The translations under genes and the position numbers were made by a program. This document shows positions 1 to 10,600 of a stretch of DNA of 64,000 nt, piece after piece (positions within the stretch are counted from its first letter, which is position 1; each line of letters begins with the position of its first letter). The DNA is from Lytechinus pictus. Lineage: Eukaryota. Below the pieces are notes generated by a model. That model saw only the letters and a list, made by a program, of their open reading frames with translations. It did not search any database and was not told the origin of the DNA. Where the stretch lies: NCBI RefSeq assembly GCF_037042905.1, contig NC_087251.1:15502001-15566000 (forward strand), read 5' to 3'.

Positions 1-524
1 CGATTAATGATGAAAACCTCATAATATGAGCCCTTTCGTGTTCTTACTGAATGAGGCATACAACTTAAGTTAGTGTGCGGTAACATATGACAGGGCAGGG
101 GCCACAGAACAGACTCTTGAAAGTGGGGGAACTGACATGGAAAAATCACAAATAGATGGTAATTTTCACATTTTTTTACCCCCCCCCCCCAAACTAATAA
201 TTCAGTTCTTGAAAGTTGAATAAAAAGTTAATCTAAAAATGTTACTCAACACAAAAAAGTTAGAACAATAAGTTAAGCCTTAGGGCTAGTTGTGCCCTAT
301 TTGTGATTGTTTAAGGCCCTAATATTATTTAGCATATTTTTGGTTAACCCAGGGAGCTCCCGCCCGCTGCGCGGGCGGGAGCCCAGGGGCTTACCGTGTA
401 TTTGACCATAGTCACCGGACTAGGGTGATTTATGGTCTAAATATTTCTTCAAATGAATTGTGAAAACAGAAATGTGTAGAATTACCACGATTATATGGAT
501 GAAGGTCTAACGAGTGTTACAAAT

Positions 525-660
525 TGATGCAGAGGTTCGAGGTTCGAGCCCTGGTCACGTCTTTCGGACGGTGACTTTAAAGGTCGGTCCCAGACGTAAA
601 TAATCATATCTGATTGATACACGTCTGACAAAACTCAAATACACACACACACACACATTG
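525..660 (+). mobile_element. Truncated tRNA-SINE remnant
   Basis: B box GGTTCGAGCCC followed by GTCTTTCGGACGGTGACTTTAAAGGTCGGTCCC (like the start of the same core) and a (CA)n tail. Confidence 0.5.
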
Positions 661-1463
661 CCGTGTCACGTGACAACCAGTATTAAACGAGAATGTGCAC
701 AACCCTATGGCGACAAAATTTGCCGCAAAAGTTGAGCAAGTTCTGGACAAAAAGGCTTCAATACCCCAAGAAAAGACCAGGCGAGTAGGCCTACTATTTA
801 TACATTTTTTCAATTTAGTAATATCTAGAGTCTAATTTAAGAACATATTTCGTCATGGAGCTCCATGGTAAGATCAAGTAATTTAAGTCCAACATTTAAT
901 TCGCGTGCACTCACTTTTTTAACACAGGAATTAATAGCCTTGGGCTTGGCCTTGGTGCTTAGAGTGCCTGGGCCTGGGTTAATTTTTTGTGTGATTTATT
1001 CTGAGTAATTGTTGAATTTAAGTTGGCAGTGACTAAGAGTAAGACGTGAAAATATTAATTTTCAGTATGCCATCACATCCTAATAATAGTAAATTTTTAA
1101 TTAGGGTCTATAGCGTTTGAAGTTTTTGCCTGTAACGTAAATTAGACAAGTCAAGTGCTTTGACTTTGGACAAAGAAGTCAAAGGCACGCACTGAATAAT
1201 TGACACCCACGGATTTCAACACGTCGGACTGAGCTGAAAAAAAAGTTAAAACAAAACCATTTTTATCCCCAAGTTCACGCCCGATTCACATACAATTTTA
1301 GCATTCCTCATACACAACAAGATCAGAATTCACAGTTACCGAATAAAATTACAAACGAAATGGCGAAAATATCTTATAAAGGCTAATACGAACCGAGCCT
1401 TAGTTTCAGTCTCGAGAAGTCAAAGTGGGCCGTGTTGATGTTTTGCAGGCGGATATCGCATAA

Positions 1464-1716
1464 ATTTGCATATCAATAACCGGTACCCGATACCTAACTT
1501 GAGCACAGAAAAGATTCAATCTCGGTCATTATTTTAACTATTACAAAACAATTCGAAAACATACTTGATAATCAATTCACAAATTTTCTTCTAAAAAGTA
1601 AAATATATCGATATATTGCATCGATTGTCGAATCCGCAGTCGGAAAATAAATTTAATGCCGAAAAACTTTTTACTAACTACAATATTTCTTTGATTCCGA
1701 CTTGGCGGAGATATAA
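1464..1716 (+). promoter_or_regulatory. Type-3 Pol III external promoter of the 7SK gene (octamer + TATA; PSE expected about 1675-1695 but not identified)
   Basis: Perfect octamer ATTTGCAT at 1464-1471 (about -277) and TATAA at 1712-1716 (-29 to -25 from G1741). This is the layout known for U6/7SK promoters. Confidence 0.6.
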
Positions 1717-1740
1717 GTGTAAGCCGCGCGGTTTATAATC

Positions 1741-2085
1741 GGTCGTGCGGGGTGTCTCAGTCGCCACTGTCCCTGTGATTGACCGCTCGAGTGTAGGCAA
1801 TAAAGGTGCTCCTCGTGGTCTCGGTCCTGTGGCCCTAACTGTAGGTGTAACCAAACCTGTCGCTACCCACTCCTTTCCTGTAGAGGTTCTCCCGATGCTT
1901 CAGCGCTCGGTTGCAGAGCCTTGTCCCCAGCTCTCCTAGAGGGTTCCAAATCGGGTGTATTCTCCGTGGATAGGCGTCCTCATCTCTGTTGTCCAGTACT
2001 TCTGGGGGGAGGTCTGTCTTTCGTGAAGTCAACGGTTATGGCGCGACCATTAACAGAGCACCACATGTGGTGGAGCTCATTTTTT
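1741..2085 (+). ncRNA. RN7SK: 7SK snRNA gene (divergent invertebrate homologue), ~345 nt
   Basis: 5' GGTCGTGC (1741-1748) pairs with GCGCGACC (2041-2048), like the 7SK closing helix (human GGAUGUG/CACAUCC). ATTGACCGC at 1778-1786 sits at the offset of human AUUGAUCGC and pairs with GTGGTC (1815-1820). CTCCCGATGCTTCAGCGCTCGGT (1889-1911) matches recalled human CTCCCGAAGCTGCGCGCTCGGT at 20/23 columns. The terminal hairpin GAGC-A-CCAC-ATGTG-GTGG-A-GCTC (2056-2078) has the human SL4 loop AUGUG and is followed by T6. TATA at about -29. Confidence 0.88.
2080..2085 (+). terminator. Pol III oligo-T terminator of 7SK
   Basis: TTTTTT one base after the terminal hairpin. Confidence 0.8.
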
Positions 2086-3517
2086 GACATTTTGTTTCGA
2101 ATCGGGCAGGAGATATCATAACTGGATGTTTTCAATTTTTTTCTTTCCTAAGAATAGAGTAAGCTTATAGTTATAAAAATTTAAAATTCACTCTAATGAA
2201 ATCAGATGTCATACCAAATTGTCACTTCACATTTAAATATATTTAATTGCTTGTAAGATCTATGAAAAAGTTCAAATAAAAAATAACTAGACAATCGATA
2301 TTAAAATGTAATGTCGGCCAAAATGATCTAAATTCTATAAAACTGTGGCTTTTGAAAAGAAGATGGACACAACACCACTCACCCACTATCATTTCATTTA
2401 GTGACACAACAAACTAAATATAAGCACAAAGAAATGAATATTTTCAATATATTTGGAAAATATTATCCTGAATAAAATTCACATATTCGAATTCACTCAA
2501 AGAATTTCAAATACATTTTATGATTCTGCCATTGTTTATTATGGAGTTGGATGGCTTTTTAAAAACACAATCACAGTAATTGGATGGTAAAGATTATTAT
2601 ATGATAATGGCCCATATTCTGATCTCATTCACCCTGAACCGGTCCTAACCTGTTACTTTGAGTACAGGAAGCCATACAGACCTGTAAGTAGCATTTATCT
2701 CCCCTTCATCTTCTGGATTGTGGTAAGTCACTGTCATATCAAATTGATAAATGCAATTTTATTGGAAAGCAACCAAATTTAGAGGAATTAATCATTCCTT
2801 AGTAGAAAAAAATATAGTCATGAAGACTAAGTACAAATTCTACAGAGCATTTTAATATCATGTCAAGAACATTTATCAAATCAACTGACAGTCAGTGAAA
2901 AGTATTTTTATGATTATCGATAAGTCAATAAACGATGGGATTCAAAAGGAATACCTCTCTCCCACACCAAAAGAAATAAATTAATAAACTGATGAATACC
3001 AGTAAGAATGAGCAAGGGAGATTTCTAACCACTCTTACCAATTAAATAATAATTTATATTACATTAATTTGCCATACCATTTGGAAGTACTTCTGTGGAA
3101 TCCATGCTATACAATATTTTTTTCATTCAACTACAAACTTTGATATATCTTAAATTGTATGAATAGGCCGTATTCTTTGACGCTTTTCAATAAATGCAGT
3201 ATAAAGTTACTAGCTTTGAATGAACATAATCATTACCATGATATTCACCCCCCAAAATCAGATAACAAGATAATGTGTTTATATACTTAAATATATACAG
3301 ACAATGCTAATTTATTTACAGGTGAACAATTCAGCTTTAAAATGAAAGGGACACTTTCATGATATCTGGCCTAGTACAGGAAGAACAGATAACTGAAAAA
3401 CTCATACAGTGTGTTATATAGTAGTAATTTTTATTTTAAGAGCCAACATAGAGTTTGGCCTTTCTGTGTGACTTCCTTCTTCCTTTCTTATATAGAGGGT
3501 TGAAAAACTGAAGGCTA

Positions 3518-3828
3518 TGGCCCGTATTCTGAACTCAGGTTTAAATTAAACCCTGGTTTAAAGTTGTGGTTTAAGCATGGAGAGCCAATTGGAGCACAAA
3601 TCCCTAACAGTACACATTCAATCTATTAACTCATATGACACCCAAATTGTTCAAAATTGTCTGGGAATGACATCTGAAGTATTGTTCTTCATTATGAAAG
3701 GAAACGAAACAAAATAGTAAACATAAGAATTATACAATATAAACATAATTTTTTAGCTTTTGGCTTTCCATGATTTTAGCAGAGTTAGACCGTGGTCTAA
3801 GTCAAACCTCACTTCAGAATACGGGCCA
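3518..3828. mobile_element. MITE
   Basis: TIRs TGGCCCGTATTCTGAA / TTCAGAATACGGGCCA flanked by TA. Confidence 0.85.
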
Positions 3829-5733
3829 TAAACTCAAATCAGTGATTTTGAGAGTTGTTTAGATATTTTGCCAAAAAGATATGGTGAAGTTATAATCTGC
3901 TTTATAATAAATAGGAATTGAGTTAAGGTCTTGTGGCTCTCAAAATATGTAAATATCTCTGATTATTGTGGTACAGAAAGCCCAAAATAGCTAAAAAGTT
4001 AGTTATATTCCTCTGTATGTCCACCCTCAATATCAAATAAAAAGTATTATGAAATGGAAGAAGAAATGTAATTATGTAATGCTCAGTGTCACAAATACGT
4101 TTGTTTCAATGCTGGTTTATAAGTAGGCTAGAAATTGCATTTAGTGTGCTCCCTTTCTTCTTAACACCAAATTGCCCATTAGATTTTAAGAAATGGTGTA
4201 AGAATATATTTACTACCATCCATAATTGCTAACACTAAGAAAACAGGATGCATCAGAAATATATTTTCAGGTCAAGAGTCAAAGTTTCCAAACAGCGGAA
4301 TGATACATTGCTGAGTTATATCCTTAACTTTCAAGAGCAAACGGAACTCCTCAGCATTGTTTGATATATTTGAATGATTTCTTTTCTCACAATCTTTTGT
4401 TCATGGAAGCATGCAGTGCGTCAATTTACTTATTCACTTTTATTTCCTTTGTTCAATAGCATACTGCATAAAGAAATCATGTACAAATAACAAAATTCCC
4501 AAGTAGTTAGGAGGATATTTCAATAGTAATTTGAAAATACAATAAATTTCCTTCTAAAAAATACCTGTTTTACAATCATGAAAAAGTATACTTCTTTCAA
4601 CAATTGCAATGATTTAGAAACTGACAGCCTGATGTTATTGAGACACCCTGCTTTCTCTGTCAGGCATATAAATACATGATATACTATACATCTTTACAAA
4701 TATATTTTACACAGCATAAACTATACAATGTACATGTACCTCTTTGAAAAAAAGAATGATATTGCTATAATGGTATCAGTCTTACATACACAGACAGACA
4801 AACAAATAATTATAACTATCATTCAGCAAAATGCGGAATGATGTAATCTGTCAATCATCGCCTGCAAAATTATCTTTCATCTAATAAGAAAGTCAAAAAT
4901 GTATTTGTCTCCTGGTCAGTGGTGTATCAGAAGGGGGGGGGGCAACGGGTATGTGCCTAGGTTGCCAATTTCAGGAGTTACAAGGGGGCAACTACAATTT
5001 GCTCTGGTGAAAAAAAAAAAAAAAACAAACAAAGGCACTGGCATCAAAACCTGGAAAGGGGCACGATTTCAGTGCTTGACCTTTTTGACATGTTGGAAGT
5101 GGCACAATTCTGGTACTTTTCTATACATGTATAGTGAGGTTGAGAAACATGAGCTGTGTTGATGAAGTTGCATACAAGGGAACACATATTAACAAGGCAA
5201 CAGCCTGAAATCATCCTCACAAATTGCCAGCTTGTTTTGCATGAATTTGAAGTCATGTTTCAAGGTACTTGTTTTCCATTTACTCCTATGTTTTTTTTCC
5301 TTAATATAGTCTGACCTGACTTATGAAGAAAACCAATAACCTGCCCTCAAGGCTATTTCATAGAACTGTTTGTAGTTATGATAATGTGAGCCTAATTTTT
5401 TTCCTGATTTATTACTCAACTATGACAGTATTTCAAATAATTTCATTAAATTTAGGCATAAGATATATTTTGTCACAAAATGTGTTCTAACAGCAAAATT
5501 GCTAATCAAATCTGCATATTTCAATCTAAGCTAATGTGATGAATAAAAATTGCGTGCTGTTTTTCAGTTAGTTGAAATGCTGTGCTTAACTTTACAAACA
5601 ACTTTATGAAACTTACACTTACCTCAACTCAAGAATGGTGAGCTCTAGGGTTTAATAGATTTGGGAATGTGATGGGCAAATACATGTAATGAAAAATGAT
5701 CAAAATGAGGTCAATTCACAAATTGATATTTAA

Positions 5734-6337
5734 AGGACAAGTCCACCCCAACAAAAACTTGATTTGAATAAAAAGAGAAAAATTCAACAAGCATAACACT
5801 GAAAAATTCATCAAAATCGGATGTGAAATAAGAAAGTTATGACATTTTAAAGTTTCGCTTCATTTCACAAAACAGTTATATGCACATCTCGGTCAGTATG
5901 CAAATGAGGGAACTGATGACATCACTCACTCACTATTTCTTTTGTATTTTATTATATGAAATATGAAATATTTTGATTTTCTCATCATTGTCATGTGAAA
6001 TGAAGTTTCATTCCTCGCTGAACACGTGGAATTCCATTATTTTAACATTTTGTGGTTCAGGCAAGGAGGTCCTAATCTTCAAATTCGTAAAAAATTGAAA
6101 TATTGTATAATTCAAACAATAAAAAACAAAAGAAATAGTGAGTGAGTGACATCATCGACTCCCTCATTTAGATGTAACTGGCTCGTTCACATAACTATTT
6201 TGTTAAAAATAAGCGAAACTTTGAAATGTCATAACTTTCTTATAATACATCCGATTTTGATGAAATTTTCAGCATTGTGCTTGTCTGATTTTTCTCTATT
6301 GATTCAAATCAACATTTTTCTGAGGTGGACTTGACCT
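5734..6337. mobile_element. TTAA-flanked MITE with long imperfect TIRs (Kolobok-like)
   Basis: TTAA|AGGACAAGTCCACC ... GGTGGACTTGACCT|TTAA. The inverted arms extend more than 100 bp. Confidence 0.85.
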
Positions 6338-7660
6338 TTAAATCACAAACTGTTATACTAGCACCCTAATCGACTTATTAATTGGTGAAAACAAGCATTG
6401 AATTAATGCATCCATGCAGTTTTAAGTGAATGGGATCAAATCCAAGTTAATTGCATTTTTGGGGAGGAGGGCATTCCAACCTTAACATTACCTTCATTGG
6501 TATGGTAAAAAAGAATTAAGGTATAAAGAATGATGAAATAATGACACAAAAATATTGTCCATTATTCCAAATTCAAACAAATCCTAACATTTTCTATAGT
6601 ATAAATATAAATAGCCGATTGTGTTGAACAAATTGCAAAATTCAAATACATTAACGGTACTGATTGGCCACTACTATTTGGGGAATAATGGCAAAAATTT
6701 GTCAGACAGGCCTAGTAGTTGACAATGACTTGAATAATTCATCCACTTTGAGATACAAAAAGTACAACGTGATGATCATTTGAAAATTCATCACCTTCTT
6801 ATTCTTTATCTAAGTTATTTACACCAAGGCCAAAATACCCCATCCATTTTACTGCTCTCTATCCTTCAAAACTGGAATCAGCTCCAAACCTCTGACTGAG
6901 TTTTAAGAGGATTGTCAAGGAAGAATAACAAGCTTTAATCACCCCTTAAATATTGCTACAAAAATATTTCAGACCTTAAATAATCCATATTATTGACTGA
7001 AAAAAAGGCAGTTTCAGAGTTAAATTCTGACTTCAATATGAATAGTGTCTGTGTCCTTCTGCCACGTATATTATGGTAAATCAAAAATCATTTCATATAA
7101 ACATGAAAACACATTCTAGAATAGTATTTATGTTTGGGACAAACACCATCATTTTCAGTTAGAATCAGCAAGCTGAGTAATTAGAGACATATTGGGCATC
7201 AAAGATGCAATAATTCATGGTTAAAACAAGAAGTACACAAAGCTACTGGCATTTGCATAAGACATGATACACATAAACATCAATGACACACCAGACAGAT
7301 ATATATCTCTTCATCACATTCTCGTAATCTTGCATGGTTAGCGACATAGGGGCATTAGGTCACATGCACACATATTTTTACAAAGACAGAATGCCCTTGT
7401 GCCTCTAAAAGTGAAAATGTTGAGATATTCCTGAAAATCATGATGAACACTGCTCCACGTCCAACAAGTATTACAGATGAGGTAAGTAATGATGACCCCT
7501 TTATTTCGGTGCCAGTCCCACGGCTAAGGTCACTACAAATTATCATCAGCTAAGAGCAAGATGGACCTTACTCCCATTCTCTTTCAAATGCATCATGTCC
7601 TTCAAAAGAGGATAGTTCAAATTGTTCATAGAAAAGGCTGCCAAAGCGGTTATATGTTGA

Positions 7661-10600
7661 CTACCGCACATGTTGAATGGTGTACTTTCCCTTTTCTAGG
7701 TTGTGAAGTAGCAGCTTTGATTTGGTTCCATCATGTCTCCTCACCCACACCTCCCGAGCATCGATGGCAGTTATTCTGGCCCTGCATGGGGATATGAAAA
7801 TACAGAGAAATAATTATCAAATCTGCTTTAAACCCATCTGTGTTTGTAATGGTCACATTTTTTCTGTTTTCTGTGAATGCAGTTCCCCACTTAACACATA
7901 TAAAGAAGCTACCCATACATATACCTTTCTACTGTTTCCCTTGAGTTGTATGTATACACAGATCTCAGAGAAGATTAAAAAAGAAATGTGTGAATATCAT
8001 GACTGTTGACCTTTTCCAACACCCGATTTCACAGAAGAATATATTGTTGACATACTGTATCATATTCATTTTCTAATTCTTCATTAATGAAAAGTCAATG
8101 CTTTGATAGTCAATAAGAAAAACTTAAGACAAAAATCATAATAAATTCAAATGTATATGGTACAATTTATCAAAATGTTAAGCCTAAGACTGGGGGGGGG
8201 GGCTAATTCAGCCCCCCTCAACATTTTTGGCCATAAATCTGCCTTTGACCATGTCGCTTGCTGACTTTTCACTTTCAAGTCTCGCGCAACTTTTGAGACC
8301 AAAATTGCGACCCCCAGGTACGCGGTTCCGAAATTACACAACATTTTGTAAGTGCATGCAGACCCAAAATTGCTCAAAAACATGAATTTGTGTACAAATC
8401 CAATGTAAATAGTGTTTTAGCCAAAATTCATAAATTTATCATTATTTTTCCTTTTACTAATTAAAATCAATTAATTCCATCTTGTTTATGGTCAAAATAA
8501 ATTTCCCGACAATTTCCATTGAAAGACGATAAAAAAACAAAGAGTAAAAAACAAGGAATTACATACAAAATTTAGAAAACAATAAAATACATAAGAAAAT
8601 AAATGCAATAGTGAATTTATTCTAAATTAAATTTGATCAGATCTTTATAAAGAATCTGTGTACCTAAAATTAGCATTCTAGAGGCATTATTTAGTTAATT
8701 AGAGCAAACTTTTGATTTTATGCATAAATTAGCATAACTTATCAGCAATGATATTTTTCGCAGAATTTGATCTTATAGTTTTGTACATTATGCCATGGGT
8801 AACGTGCCTGACAATTTTCGTCAGGATTGCCCGATCGACGGCTGAGATCATAAGGGAGGGCTGAATCAAGTCCCCCCGTGTCTTCTTAGGCGTCGAAATA
8901 GCCCAGTCTATTCAGGGTTAAAACAAATAATAATTTTTGAAAATGTATTCCTATTAAGTTTTTTTTTAAATCTTGTTTTGAGTTTTTGAGTTAAGGAGCC
9001 GATCTATTTCTGAGATCTTCCTGAAATGATTTATCTCTGTTTTCAAATTCATATGAAAATTGTAATCCTCTTAAATTAACATGGCTTGAGCAGTTGATGA
9101 AATCAACATACCCAAATATTTTTGTATTGTTTGCTTTCTTATATCAATGCAAACGGCAACATGTTTTTGGATCATTTTCATTTTTCAACTTTTATTTTCA
9201 AAGATCAAATTTAAATTTCCCTTTAAACACAGTTTTAAGAGTAAATCCTGATGTCAGTCCCGCTTAATGTGATGTGCATGTACATAAACCTGAAGTGTTT
9301 TAGCAATACATTAAAAAAGCATATTTTGGGCTGCATCAATTGCCTGTGCAGTATCCCTAAACAAGTGGAATGCCTCTGGCCGTCTCACCTGCATCACGCG
9401 ATTCAATAGAGCAGCAGTGCTGATTTTGAAAACTACTATAACTCGCACAAGACGTTCAGTGATACTTGGTTACTCTTATTTCCACGTTTTATGAACTAGA
9501 CCAATACACTTATAGAGATATGATGGCAATTCAACAAATACCCCCAACGTGGCCAAAGTTCTTTGACCTTACATGACCTTTGACCTTGATCATGTGACCT
9601 GAAACTCGCACAGGATGTTCAGTGATACTTGATTACTATTATGTCCAAGTTTTATGAACTAGACCAACACACTTTCAAATTTATGGCTGTAATTCAACAA
9701 ATACCCCAATTTGGCCAAAGTTCATTGACCTAAATGACCTTTGACCTTGATCATGTGACCTGAAACTTGCACAGGATGTTCAGTAATACTTGATTACTAT
9801 TATGTCCAAGTTTCATGAATCAGATCCATAAACTTTCAAAGTTATGATGGTAATTCAACAGATACCCCCAATTCGGCCAAAGTTCATTGAGTTATGATGA
9901 CATTTCAAAAACTTAACCTTAGGTTAAGATTTTGATGTTGATTCCCCCAACATGGTCTAAGTTCATTGACCCTAAATGACCTTTGACCTTGGTCATGTGA
10001 CATGAAACTCAGGCAGGATGTTCAGTAATACTTGATTAACCTTATGGCCAAGTTTCATGAACTAGGTCCATATACTTTCTAAGTTATGCTGTCATTTCAA
10101 AAACTTAACCTCAGGTTAAGATTTGGTGTTGACGCCGCTGTCGCCGTCGCCGCCGCCGCCGCCGCCGTCGGAAAAGCGGCGCCTATAGTCTCACTCTGCT
10201 ATGCAGGTGAGACAAAAAACGAAATCCGATGAATAACTCATAGGCTCCTCTACAAAGCTTGCCGTTGAATATGAGACCTTATTCAACAGTCTAGTGTGCA
10301 TGTGCGAATGTGGAAATATACAACACATACAATGAAAGCAATGCGATGCGCAGCATAGAGCACAATGACACTCAATGACATCATCATGAAATACATGTGA
10401 GCCACATGTCAACGACCAAGTTGATCTTATGAAGTTTTTTTTAGGGGGGTGGGGTGTGGATTGGATGGCTTTACTTGAAGGAATACCAGAGATATTCCAC
10501 TTGTTAGGATCAATATTCCACTCATCTGCAATTTGTGGAATATTGGCCCAAACTCTTGGGAGTATTTCTGGTATTCCATTCTGAGCCATCCAATATAATA

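Noticed and set aside
1338..1500. Possible first exon of a divergent minus-strand gene upstream of 7SK
   Set aside because: Only a weak donor-like GTAACT; no downstream exon is visible in the window.
1741..2085. Telomerase RNA or RNase P/MRP as alternative identities
   Set aside because: Only CCCTAAC is present, not a full CTAACCCTAA template, and there is no H/ACA end. The P4 consensus motifs of RNase P/MRP were not found, whereas several 7SK blocks match in order.
1745..2121. Three short ORFs (64-66 aa) over the GC-rich island
   Set aside because: No recognisable protein or splice context. The segment is fully explained by 7SK structure, promoter and terminator.
10191..10589. 132-aa minus-strand ORF in the last BRMS1L intron
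   Set aside because: No homology recognised, it runs into the Helentron-like element, and the BRMS1L exon chain is complete without it.
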